Origin: Minisyncoccota bacterium
GTDB taxonomy: Bacteria; Patescibacteriota; Minisyncoccia; UBA6257; XYB1-36-10
Direction of reading: 5' to 3'
Assembly: GCA_041651415.1 (NCBI GenBank)
Contig: JBAZJH010000001.1
Span: 151,713 to 215,712, forward strand
Length of the DNA: 64,000 nucleotides
The notes below the pieces were generated by a model. That model saw only the letters and a program-made list of their open reading frames with translations, was not told where the DNA came from and did no database searches. The position numbers and the translations under genes were made by a program. This document shows, one piece after another, positions 33,889 to 42,515 of the stretch (positions are counted from its first letter, which is position 1; every line of letters starts with the position of its first letter).

Positions 33889-35009
33889 AAAATTTCAGAT
33901 TTGAAATTATCTTTGCTGAATTTTTCGGCGGTTTTGGATAAAAAATGAGAATCGAATCTGGCTTCCGGAAGGCGGCCAATTGCTTCAATAATAGCTTCCG
34001 GAGTTTGTTCTTTAATAAAAAATCCATTGACGCCTTCTTCTATAATATCGGAAGAACCGCCAATGTTATAAGCGATAACCGGAGTGCCGCAAGCAATAGC
34101 TTCCGCGGCCACCAATCCGAAATCTTCTACTTGAGGGAAAATAAAAGCTTTAGCATTGCCATACATAGCGCGCATTTCATTATCAGTCATCAGAGCGGTG
34201 ATAAAATGCGTGTTTTTGGAAGTATTCAATTTAATCAGATTTTTTAGTTCCGGACCGCGGCCGACAATTTTTAAGGGAAGCTTAAGTTCATTAAAAGCCT
34301 GAATAACAATATCGAATTTTTTATAGTGCATCAGACGTCCGGCAGCCAAAAAATATTGGCGGTTTTTATAAAGATTCTCCGGATAAAAAACGTTCAAATC
34401 AACCGGCGGAAAAATAATTTCCGATTCTCTTTGATAATATTCCCGAATTTTGCCGGAAATGTATTTGGAAAGAGTAATGATTTCATCCGGTTTTTGTCCG
34501 GCTTCCATATCCCATTTTTTTAAATAAGAAACAAAAGGAGAAAGAATGGGCTTGAGAAGGCCGTAATTGCTGCCAAATTTTCCTTTTAAAAAATTATCCG
34601 ACTCCCAAGCATAACGAAGAGGCGTGAAACAATAAGAAAGATGGTAGCTGTTCTTATAAGTAATGCCTTTGGAGTAGCCGGCGCCGATAGAGATAATCAA
34701 ATCATAATTGTTGCCAAGGTTCAGACTTTCCGCCGCTTTCGGCATTAAAGGGATAAAAAGGCGATGATTGTCAATGACTATTTTTTTGTCTAAAAAAGAA
34801 GTTTTTTTAATTCTTTCTTTGGGGATGCGGCCAAAAGTTTTGTTTCGGTCAAAAAAAAGAGTAAAAAGGTCGGCTTTCGGAAAAATCTCCAGAAAATTTC
34901 CCAAAACTCTTTCACCGCCTCCATATTGGTTTAAATAATCATAAGAAAGAGCGATTCTCATTAATGGCATTATAGCTTTTTTGCCGATTTTCTGAAAATT
35001 TTCCGCCAA
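33861..35009 (-). CDS. Glycosyltransferase family 4 (GT1/GT4 retaining GT-B)
   Basis: C-terminal GT-B domain with the E-x7-E region (GTPVIAYNIGGSSDIIEEGVNGFF). Confidence 0.8.
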   Translation of the reverse strand: MAENFQKIGKKAIMPLMRIALSYDYLNQYGGGERVLGNFLEIFPKADLFTLFFDRNKTFGRIPKERIKKTSFLDKKIVIDNHRLFIPLMPKAAESLNLGNNYDLIISIGAGYSKGITYKNSYHLSYCFTPLRYAWESDNFLKGKFGSNYGLLKPILSPFVSYLKKWDMEAGQKPDEIITLSKYISGKIREYYQRESEIIFPPVDLNVFYPENLYKNRQYFLAAGRLMHYKKFDIVIQAFNELKLPLKIVGRGPELKNLIKLNTSKNTHFITALMTDNEMRAMYGNAKAFIFPQVEDFGLVAAEAIACGTPVIAYNIGGSSDIIEEGVNGFFIKEQTPEAIIEAIGRLPEARFDSHFLSKTAEKFSKDNFKSEILKKINGFAL

Positions 35010-35027
35010 TAAGGTATAATCTTAAAA

Positions 35028-35627
35028 ATGAAATACGATTTTTCGAAAAGAGCGATGGATTTGGTGATATTTTTTTTGGTTTTGCCTTTTTTTGTTTTAA
35101 TTCTTCCTTTTGTAGCTTTAGCAATAAAAGCGGAAAGCAGAGGCCCGGTCTTTTTTAAAGCAAGAAGAGTAAGCAAGGGAAGGGCGGTAACGATTTATAA
35201 GTTTCGAACAATGGCTTTGGGAGCGGAAGAAAAGAAAAAAGAATTAAATCATCTAAACGAAAGAAAAGACGGTCCTTTTTTTAAAATATCCAAAGACCCG
35301 AGAGTAACAAAAATCGGGCGGATACTTCGAAAATTTTGGATAGACGAAACGCCGCAAATTTTTAACGTTTTAAAAGGCGAAATTTCTTTTGTCGGGCCAA
35401 GACCGTATGAACCGGAAGAAATGGAAAAATATCCGGAAGAATACAGATTTTTGAAAAATGAGAAAGCGGGGATAACCGGACTTTCTCAAATAAAAGGTTC
35501 CTCCAATCTGCCTTTTTTAGAAGTTTTGAAATATGACGCTTATTACGCACGGCATAAAAGTTTAGGGCTGGATTTAAAAATCCTTTTTAAAACATTCCTG
35601 CTTCTTTTTGACCCTTCCGGAGTTTAA
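35028..35627 (+). CDS. Polyprenyl-phosphate sugar phosphotransferase (bacterial sugar transferase, PglC/WbaP C-terminal-domain-like)
   Basis: RAMDLV...LLxLP re-entrant helix, KFRTM, and GPRP motifs. Confidence 0.8.
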   Translation: MKYDFSKRAMDLVIFFLVLPFFVLILPFVALAIKAESRGPVFFKARRVSKGRAVTIYKFRTMALGAEEKKKELNHLNERKDGPFFKISKDPRVTKIGRILRKFWIDETPQIFNVLKGEISFVGPRPYEPEEMEKYPEEYRFLKNEKAGITGLSQIKGSSNLPFLEVLKYDAYYARHKSLGLDLKILFKTFLLLFDPSGV

Positions 35628-35635
35628 AGATTCTA

Positions 35636-37051
35636 ATGCATACGCACGACGGAGCTTTTTATATTTCGGTCTTAGCTTTAACAGGAATTTTTGCCGGAAC
35701 AGTTTTAAGAGTCTCTGATTTTTTTGTTCTGGCCGGCATTTGCCTTTTGGCTTTTTTAACTTTATTTATCGCTTTTTTAACCAAAGAAAAAAAGTTTTGG
35801 GCGGTTTTAGCGGCGCTCCTTTTTTTCTTTTTTTTCGGATTTTTATACGGACAAAATTTTGTTTTAAAAAGCGCGGGAAAATATCCGGAATTCAATAAGG
35901 CCAAAACTTATTTTTCTGGACAAGCGGAAGGAGAGCCGATTTTCAAGGGAAAATCTCTGGCGTTTTATTTAACATTGGAAAAACCATATCAAGGCAAAAT
36001 AAAAATATATACGGATATTTTTTCGGAGATAAAAAAAGGAGACAAAGTTTCTTTTTCAGGAATAGTTAAAACAACAGAATACGGCGAAGTTGTTTCCTTT
36101 TTTCCAAAAATAGAAAAAAGAGAAGAAGGAAAAACGGGAATTTTAAGCGGGTTTAGAGAAAAAATTATTTCCGGATTAAAGATGTTTTTGCCGGAAAAAG
36201 AAGCGGCGCTCGCCTCGGGACTCACGCTCGGCGACCGAAAGAATTTTAGCGAAGAGTTTAAAAATAATTTAAGCAAAAGCGGAACAACGCATATCGTGGC
36301 TTTGTCGGGATACAATATCACGATTATCGTTATGGCAGCCGGTTTGGTTTTCGGATATTTTTTTAAAAAAGGAATCGCTTTTTTCTTTTCTCTTATTTTA
36401 ATTATTATTTTTACAATTATGGTCGGCGGGGAACCGTCAATCGTGAGAGCGGCCATTATGGGAGGAATAGCGCTATTTGCCGCAAAAACAGAGAGATTAT
36501 ATTCAGCGAGAAACGCGATAGCGATTTCAGCTCTGTTGATGGCAATTTTTAATCCGCTTTCTTTGAAAGAACCAGGATTCCAGCTTTCGTTCTTTTCTTT
36601 AATCGGTATTGTTTATTTTCTGCCGGCAATTAAAAATTTTCTGCCGGCCTATTTTTCTGCTCCGTCTTTTTTGAATTGGAAGGAAAATCTTTTAACGACT
36701 ATGGCGGCGCAGATGGCGGTTTTGCCTCTTGTTTTTTATTATTTCGGCGCTTTTTCAATTTTGTCTTTTTTGTCGAATATCTTAATTCTGGAATTCGTGC
36801 CATACGCCATGCTTTTTTCTTTTTTCACCGGATTTTTCAGCTTATTTTCAAATTTCGGAGAATTCGCTTCTTGGGTTTTTTCTTTTCCGGCTTATTTTAT
36901 TTTAAAATACCAAATAAGCGTGATAGATTTTTTTGCGGAGAAAAGCTGGCTTATAAAAATGGAAGATTTTGGGATAACAGCGACAATCGTTTTTTATGCC
37001 CTGATATTTTTAATAGTTTACGTCTTTTATAATAGAGAAAATGATAGATAA
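35636..37051 (+). CDS. comEC: ComEC/Rec2 competence protein, membrane portion (DUF4131 + competence domain)
   Basis: Polytopic. The GTTHIVALSGYNITII motif is typical of the ComEC competence domain. Confidence 0.75.
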   Translation: MHTHDGAFYISVLALTGIFAGTVLRVSDFFVLAGICLLAFLTLFIAFLTKEKKFWAVLAALLFFFFFGFLYGQNFVLKSAGKYPEFNKAKTYFSGQAEGEPIFKGKSLAFYLTLEKPYQGKIKIYTDIFSEIKKGDKVSFSGIVKTTEYGEVVSFFPKIEKREEGKTGILSGFREKIISGLKMFLPEKEAALASGLTLGDRKNFSEEFKNNLSKSGTTHIVALSGYNITIIVMAAGLVFGYFFKKGIAFFFSLILIIIFTIMVGGEPSIVRAAIMGGIALFAAKTERLYSARNAIAISALLMAIFNPLSLKEPGFQLSFFSLIGIVYFLPAIKNFLPAYFSAPSFLNWKENLLTTMAAQMAVLPLVFYYFGAFSILSFLSNILILEFVPYAMLFSFFTGFFSLFSNFGEFASWVFSFPAYFILKYQISVIDFFAEKSWLIKMEDFGITATIVFYALIFLIVYVFYNRENDR

Positions 37052-37904
37052 AAAAGTTATTTTTATTTTAGCGGCAGCGATTCTTTTAAATGGATTTTTT
37101 TACGCTTATATTTTAGCGAACGGAAAAGAAAAAACAGCGGTTTATTTTTTAGATGTGGGACAAGGGGACGCAGAGATGGCGATTCTGCCGGGAAGCCGAA
37201 CGGCAAGATTTTTGATAGACGGAGGGCCGGATAGAAGCGTTCTGGAAGAGCTTTCCAAAATAATGCCGTTTTTTTCAAAAAGGATTGATTTAATTTCCAT
37301 TTCCCATCCGCAAGAAGACCATATGGGAGGAATTTCTTATGTTGCGGAGAGTTTTAAAACGGGAGGGTTTGTTTCGAGCGGGGAAATAGGAAAAGGCGAA
37401 GCATGGGAAAAGTTAGAGAGAGCTTTAGAAAAAAATAAAACAAATATAATAAATCTGGCGGCGGGCGATAAAATAAAATATGGAGAAAACGAGATATTGG
37501 TTTTAAATCCGGAGACAGGAAAAAAAACGGATATGAACGAAAGCTCTCTTGTTTTGTTATTAAAAAATCCAAAGATGAATGTTCTTTTCACAGGAGATAT
37601 CGGAAAAAAAACGGAAGAAAAAATAGTTGCTGATTTAAGAAAAAACGGAGAGGCAGAAGAAATTGATGTTTTGAAAGTGGCGCACCATGGGTCAAAAAAT
37701 TCAAGCGGAGAAGATTTTATCGCAGCCTTAAAGCCGAAAGTGAGCGTAATTGAAGTCGGAAAAAACAGCTACGGACATCCGACAAAAGAAGTTCTAAACC
37801 GCCTAGCGGAAATAAGAAGCTTGATTTTCAGAACGGATAAAAAGGGAACAATGAAAGTAGAAGCGGGAGAAGATAATAAAATAAAGGTTTATGAAATCGA
37901 ATAA
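37041..37904 (+). CDS. ComEC-type metallo-beta-lactamase domain protein (separate ORF with its own N-terminal TM anchor)
   Basis: FLDVGQGDA, SHPQEDHMGG, and AHHGSKNS motifs of the ComEC MBL domain. Overlaps the upstream ORF by 11 nt in another frame. Confidence 0.75.
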   Translation: MIDKKVIFILAAAILLNGFFYAYILANGKEKTAVYFLDVGQGDAEMAILPGSRTARFLIDGGPDRSVLEELSKIMPFFSKRIDLISISHPQEDHMGGISYVAESFKTGGFVSSGEIGKGEAWEKLERALEKNKTNIINLAAGDKIKYGENEILVLNPETGKKTDMNESSLVLLLKNPKMNVLFTGDIGKKTEEKIVADLRKNGEAEEIDVLKVAHHGSKNSSGEDFIAALKPKVSVIEVGKNSYGHPTKEVLNRLAEIRSLIFRTDKKGTMKVEAGEDNKIKVYEIE

Positions 37905-37950
37905 TTTTTTTTTCTTGATAATAAAAAGCGGTTGATTTATTATTTTAGGA

Positions 37951-39339
37951 ATGAGAACGCTTATAAAAGACATAGTTAAGAAAGAAGGGGAGGAGGTGGA
38001 ACTTTCCGGGTGGGTGGCGGTGAGGCGGGACCACGGGAAGCTTATTTTTATAGATTTGAGAGACAGAAGCGAAATGACGCAAGTTGTTTTTTTACCTAGC
38101 AATGCCGAAGCGCATAAAATGGCGGAAGAAATCAGGCCGGAATGGGTGGTTAAAATAAAAGGAAAAGTGAATCGCCGGCCGGAAAATATGGTGAATAAAG
38201 AAATGACGACTGGAGAATTTGAAATAGAAGCTTTAGAAATTGAAATCTTAAATAAAGCGGAAACACCCCCGATTGAAATAGAAAGCGACGGGTATGAGAT
38301 TGGGGAAGAAGTGAGAATGAAATACCGCTATTTGGATTTGCGGAGAAACAGGTTGCAGAAAAATATCCGAAAGAGAGCGAGAATTATGTCTTTTATCAGA
38401 GGGTTTTTGGAGAAAAACGATTTTGTGGAAATAGAAACGCCGATTTTAACCAAATCCACTCCGGAGGGAGCAAGGGATTATTTAGTGCCTTCGAGAGTAA
38501 GCCCGGGGAAATTTTACGCTTTGCCGCAATCGCCGCAGCAATATAAACAGCTTTTGATGGTGGGGGGGATGGAAAGATATTTTCAGATGGCAAAATGTTT
38601 CCGCGATGAGGACACAAGAGGCGATAGGCAGCCGGAATTCACCCAGCTTGATATGGAAATGAGCTTTGTCGAAATGAAAAACGTGATGAAATTGAATGAA
38701 AAATTATTAGTGGAAATAATAGAAGAGTTTTATCCGGAGAAAAAAATTCAGGAAAAGCCGTTTCCGATAATCACTTATAAAGAGGCAATGGAAAAATACG
38801 GCACGGACCGGCCGGATTTAAGGAAAGATAAAAATGATTCGAATTTGCTTGCTTTTTGCTGGGTAATAGATTTTCCATTTTTTGAAAAAACGGAAGAAGG
38901 AGGGTGGACTTTTACGCATAATCCTTTCTCGGCGCCGAAACCGGAATTTATGGAAGATTTAATAAGTAAAAGAAATATTGGAGATATTTTGACGACGCAA
39001 TATGATGTGGCTTTAAACGGAATCGAAGTCGGGGGGGGAAGCATTAGAAATCACAAGCCGGAAGCGCTGCTTTCGACTTTAGAAATAATGGGAATAAATA
39101 AAGAAAAAGCGGAAAAAAATTTCGGGCACATGCTTCAAGCCTTTAAATATGGAACGCCGCCGCACGGCGGAATTGCCTGGGGGCTGGACAGATTCATAAT
39201 GCTTTTAGAAGGAGAGCCGAATATTCGCGAAGTGATGGCTTTCCCGAAAACGGGAGACGGGAGAGACTTAATGATGGAAGCTCCATCAGAAGCGGATGAG
39301 AAACAACTAAAAGAACTAAAAATAAAGTTTGAGAAATAA
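37951..39339 (+). CDS. aspS: Aspartyl-tRNA synthetase, bacterial-type motifs but lacking the GAD insertion domain (462 aa)
   Basis: OB-fold N-terminus, motif 2 FRDEDTRGDRQPEFTQLDMEMSF, DRPDLR followed within 9 aa by WVIDFPFFE, and motif 3 GGIAWGLDR. Confidence 0.85.
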   Translation: MRTLIKDIVKKEGEEVELSGWVAVRRDHGKLIFIDLRDRSEMTQVVFLPSNAEAHKMAEEIRPEWVVKIKGKVNRRPENMVNKEMTTGEFEIEALEIEILNKAETPPIEIESDGYEIGEEVRMKYRYLDLRRNRLQKNIRKRARIMSFIRGFLEKNDFVEIETPILTKSTPEGARDYLVPSRVSPGKFYALPQSPQQYKQLLMVGGMERYFQMAKCFRDEDTRGDRQPEFTQLDMEMSFVEMKNVMKLNEKLLVEIIEEFYPEKKIQEKPFPIITYKEAMEKYGTDRPDLRKDKNDSNLLAFCWVIDFPFFEKTEEGGWTFTHNPFSAPKPEFMEDLISKRNIGDILTTQYDVALNGIEVGGGSIRNHKPEALLSTLEIMGINKEKAEKNFGHMLQAFKYGTPPHGGIAWGLDRFIMLLEGEPNIREVMAFPKTGDGRDLMMEAPSEADEKQLKELKIKFEK

Positions 39340-39374
39340 AACACTATTGTGTTATAATAAACATAGAGTAAAAA

Positions 39375-39548
39375 ATGTCTTTAAAAAATTTACATAGGGA
39401 TTTTGTTTCTAAGGAAGAACGGCGTTTTAAATTTGTCATAGGAAAAACCTTAGCTTCTTCTTTAACGGGATTTGTAGCCGGAGTAGTTTTTGCTTCTATT
39501 TTTTGGGGAGCTGTTCTTTATGTTTATTTTTTAGAAGCGGCTTTATAA
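39375..39548 (+). CDS. Hypothetical 57-aa membrane peptide
   Basis: Short ORF with one TM segment. Weak support. Confidence 0.25.
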   Translation: MSLKNLHRDFVSKEERRFKFVIGKTLASSLTGFVAGVVFASIFWGAVLYVYFLEAAL

Positions 39549-39772
39549 AAACCCAACGGTTCCAAAGCTGTGGATATCGCTTATTTTAAAAGTGCTATAA
39601 TAAAAGTGATCCCGCTCGCAGGAAGGTTACGGATCAAATAGCTTATAAAGGGAGGCCAGGTTAGAAAGTTCCGTGGAATTTTTTACCAGTCACCCACTTG
39701 AATTTAAGCCGATAACCTCTTTAAAGCGGGGTTTTTGTTGAAAAAAAAGGCGAAAAAGAGCAGAATTTAAAG

Positions 39773-40051
39773 ATGGAATGGAAAAAAGTATTTTTAATAA
39801 TCGTTTTATCTCTGCTTTTGTTTTTCGTGGGAGGAGAAGCGATAAAAGATTATCTGGAATATAAGAAAGACTTCAGAGAAGCGGAAAAGTTAAAAGCCGA
39901 TATGAGTGTTCTAAAAAAAGAAAATGAAGAATTAGAAAAAGATATAGAGTATTTTAACGACCCTTATAATCTGGAAAAAGAATTGAAATCAAAATTCAAT
40001 TATAAAAGAGAAGGAGAAAAAATGATGATAATTGTGCCGGATGAACAATAA
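39773..40051 (+). CDS. ftsB: Septum formation initiator FtsB/DivIC family
   Basis: N-terminal TM followed by a coiled-coil (LKKENEELEKDIEY) and the C-terminal GEKMMIIVP motif. Confidence 0.65.
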   Translation: MEWKKVFLIIVLSLLLFFVGGEAIKDYLEYKKDFREAEKLKADMSVLKKENEELEKDIEYFNDPYNLEKELKSKFNYKREGEKMMIIVPDEQ

Positions 40052-40056
40052 AAAAA

Positions 40057-40127
40057 GCGGGTGTCGTATAATGGCAGTACGCAACCTTCCCAAGGTTGAA
40101 GCGTGGGTCCGATTCCCATCATCCGCT
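40057..40127 (+). tRNA. tRNA-Gly (anticodon CCC)
   Basis: Hand-folded: acceptor GCGGGUG/CAUCCGC, anticodon stem CAACC/GGUUG with loop UUCCCAA, T-arm GUGGGUCCGAUUCCCAU, discriminator U. Confidence 0.85.
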
Positions 40128-40178
40128 CACGGAACAATCGCTTTCAAATTTTCAAAAAAGTAAAAAAAAATAAATACG

Positions 40179-40218
40179 CATAGCATCATTAGGTACATAT
40201 GTACCTAATGATGCTATG
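40179..40218. repeat. 40-nt perfect palindrome CATAGCATCATTAGGTACAT|ATGTACCTAATGATGCTATG (core GGTACATATGTACC), followed by a second hairpin GGCCTTTTCCGC-aatac-GCGGAAAAGGCC (40239-40267)
   Basis: Seen directly. The core is shared with the palindrome at 59099-59134. Confidence 0.8.
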
Positions 40219-40532
40219 GATAAAATAGAAAATAAAAAGGCCTTTTCCGCAATACGCGGAAAAGGCCAAAATAGAGGTAAAGGAGATAAATTAATAAATC
40301 GAATTTTTTGTTTTGCGATTATTTTTTTTTTCATTCCGACCGAAGCCAATTTGGCTTCGTTCGAATTCAACTAGTTTTTGATAAAAACTGGCAAGCCAAG
40401 CAAACGGATGTTTGGAAATGCTTATCAAAACTAACAATACGCAAATAATAAAAAGTTCCGTCATGGTCATTCTCCTTTTTATTTGTTTTTATACTGATTG
40501 AAATCATAGATTATTTATTTTATAGTGTCAAC

Positions 40533-40859
40533 ATGGCGAACGCAAAGTTTATCAAAAACAAAGAAAATTTCAAATGCGGAAATTGCGGGTTTGAGGTTTC
40601 GGGAGACGGCTACACCAATCATTGCCCAAAGTGCTTATATAGCTTGCATGTTGATATAAATCCCGGAGACAGAGCTTCTGAGTGTAAAGGAATGATGCGA
40701 CCGGAAAAGATAGAGAAAAAAGGAGAAAATTATATCATTATCCATAAATGCGAAAAGTGCGGAAAAGAAAAAAGAAACAAAATAAGAAAAGAAGATAATT
40801 TTGAAAAAATTGTAGAAGTGGTTAAAATAGCTAATAATAATGAAAATAAGCCGAAGTAG
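40533..40859 (+). CDS. RNHCP domain protein
   Basis: GYTNHCPKC...KCEKCGK is the RNHCP (PF12647) signature. The stop codon TAG (40857-40859) lies inside the first nucleotides of tRNA-Thr. Confidence 0.65.
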   Translation: MANAKFIKNKENFKCGNCGFEVSGDGYTNHCPKCLYSLHVDINPGDRASECKGMMRPEKIEKKGENYIIIHKCEKCGKEKRNKIRKEDNFEKIVEVVKIANNNENKPK

Positions 40860-40922
40860 CTCAGCTGGTAGAGCAATGCTTTCGTAAAGCAGAGGTCGTG
40901 GGTTCGATTCCCACCTTCGGCT
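40850..40922 (+). tRNA. tRNA-Thr (anticodon CGT)
   Basis: Hand-folded: acceptor GCCGAAG/CUUCGGC, D-arm GCUCAGCUGGUAGAGC, anticodon loop UUCGUAA, T-arm GUGGGUUCGAUUCCCAC. Confidence 0.85.
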
Positions 40923-40929
40923 CAGGAGA

Positions 40930-40985
40930 AATAAAAAATTTGGCTGTTCCGACAAAAAGTCGGAATGCTCAAATTTAAAATAAAT
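40930..40985 (+). promoter_or_regulatory. Conserved upstream hairpin, family A copy 1 (AAAAATTTGGCTGTTCCGAC-aaaaa-GTCGGAATGCTCAAATTTAAAATAAAT)
   Basis: Near-identical to 58181-58225 and related to 54686-54725. All lie immediately upstream of genes (prfB, the ATP-cone nuclease, scpA). Confidence 0.6.
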
Positions 40986-41015
40986 CTTTCAAGTAAAATT
41001 CATATAAATTTGGCG

Positions 41016-42101
41016 ATGACGGAAAAAGAATTAAAAAACGGAATAGAAGAATTATCATTTTCCTTGGAAAAATTAGGAGAAAATCTTTTTATCGAAAATA
41101 AAAAAAATGAACTTTCCAAAATAGAAGAAGAACTTCAAAGTCCCGATATCTGGAAAGACAGGGAAAAAGCGGAAAATCTATCAAGGGAAGCGTCGGAACT
41201 GGAAGAAACAATAAAGGATTTTGGAGATTTAAAAGAAAAAATTCCTTTATTTTCAGAAAATCCCAATGAAGAATATTTTTTTGAACTGAAAAGAAAATTC
41301 AAAAAATTGGAAATAAAAACTTTTTTTCGCGGGCCTTATGACAAGGGTAACGCTATTTTTTCCATTTTTTCCGGCGCCGGCGGACAAGACGCGGCGGATT
41401 TTGCCGGAATGCTTTTTGAAATGTATGCGAGCTACGCCCGAAAAAAAGGATTTTCAATTTCGGTGATAGATGAAAGCTTAGACGATTTCCAATCAAAAAC
41501 CGGACGAAAACCCTTGAAATCATTAACCGCGGAAATAAGAGGGAATTATGCTTACGGGTTTTTAAAAGGAGAAGCGGGAGTACACCGCTTGGTCAGAATT
41601 TCGCCTTTCTCGCCAAAGAAATTAAGACACACTTCTTTTGCGCTGGTGGAAATTCTGCCGGTGTTTCCAAAAATTGAAGAGGAGAAAATAAAAGTTCCGG
41701 AAGAGGATTTGAAAATCGATTTATTCCGGTCGTCCGGTCCCGGCGGACAGAATGTAAATAAAGTGGAAACGGCGGTGCGGATAACGCACTTGCCGACAGG
41801 CATAACAGTTTCAAGCCAAGTGGAAAGATCGCAAACGCAAAATAGGGAACGGGCAATGTCGCTTTTAAAAGCCAAATTGATTCGTTTAATGGAAGAGAGG
41901 CAAGTAAAAGAAATAACGGAATTAAGAACTAAGGAAAAACCGGAATGGGGAAGCCAAATCAGGTCTTATGTTCTCCACCCTTATAAATTAGTTAAAGACC
42001 ATCGAACAGAATTTGAAACAAGCCAAACAGAAAATGTTTTGGAAGGAAATCTGGACGGATTTATCGAGGCAGAGCTGATTAATGACATCGCAAGTCATTA
42101 G
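41016..42101 (+). CDS. prfB: Peptide chain release factor 2 (no programmed frameshift)
   Basis: SPF motif (RISPFSP) and GGQ motif (GPGGQNVNKVETAVRITHLPTG). Start set at MTEKEL, which aligns with the E. coli RF2 N-terminus. The longer ORF start at 40965 lies inside the repeated hairpin element. Confidence 0.88.
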   Translation: MTEKELKNGIEELSFSLEKLGENLFIENKKNELSKIEEELQSPDIWKDREKAENLSREASELEETIKDFGDLKEKIPLFSENPNEEYFFELKRKFKKLEIKTFFRGPYDKGNAIFSIFSGAGGQDAADFAGMLFEMYASYARKKGFSISVIDESLDDFQSKTGRKPLKSLTAEIRGNYAYGFLKGEAGVHRLVRISPFSPKKLRHTSFALVEILPVFPKIEEEKIKVPEEDLKIDLFRSSGPGGQNVNKVETAVRITHLPTGITVSSQVERSQTQNRERAMSLLKAKLIRLMEERQVKEITELRTKEKPEWGSQIRSYVLHPYKLVKDHRTEFETSQTENVLEGNLDGFIEAELINDIASH

Positions 42102-42186
42102 TTTGATAAAAGCTGAAAAACGGAGTATCTTTTGAAAAGAATTTTAAAAGATCTTACTAGATAGCAAGACAAGAAGGGAGAAGAAA

Positions 42187-42423
42187 ATGCTATGTTTGCT
42201 GATTCTTTTTTCATTTTTAATCGGCGGAGTTTATTTGATTTGGGTTCAAGAAATGAGATTGGAAAAAATGGGAAAGGGAGGCGACAGTAGGGGAAATTAT
42301 GAGAAGGCAATAAACACGCCAAGAGAAGCTTTTTTTGTTGCTTTGTTTATTTTTCTTATTGGACTACTGATAATGTTTTTGCTTCATTATTACGGCATTA
42401 AGGTAGGACTATATGATGCATAG
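42187..42423 (+). CDS. Hypothetical small membrane protein (2 TM)
   Basis: 78-aa ORF. Weak support. Confidence 0.3.
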   Translation: MLCLLILFSFLIGGVYLIWVQEMRLEKMGKGGDSRGNYEKAINTPREAFFVALFIFLIGLLIMFLLHYYGIKVGLYDA

Positions 42424-42515
42424 AATATATTTATTTTATTTAAAACAGCGGCTCTAGCCGCTTTTTTTTAATTTAATTTGATTAAGTTATCCCTTTTTTG
42501 CTATAATGACGAAAC

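Noticed and set aside
39560-39760. SRP RNA (4.5S) or tmRNA in the aspS-ftsB spacer
   Set aside because: I could not find the helix-8 GGAAGCAGCCAAGG-type consensus or tRNA-like tmRNA ends. It is kept only as a low-confidence structured region.
40330-40471. Two overlapping short minus-strand ORFs (72 aa in the track and a 59-aa TM peptide starting ATGACCATGACGG at 40465)
   Set aside because: They are in different frames of the same AT-rich spacer. Neither has an RBS or recognisable features, and the spacer is dominated by palindromic terminator hairpins. Not reported as genes.
40965-41015. Longer prfB start (MLKFKINLSSKIHINLA...) and a possible RF2 programmed frameshift
   Set aside because: The upstream ATG lies inside the repeated family-A hairpin/leader motif, which also occurs in non-coding contexts. 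MTEKEL at 41016 aligns with the E. coli RF2 N-terminus. The reading frame is continuous through the region where E. coli has its +1 frameshift, so no frameshift site is present.
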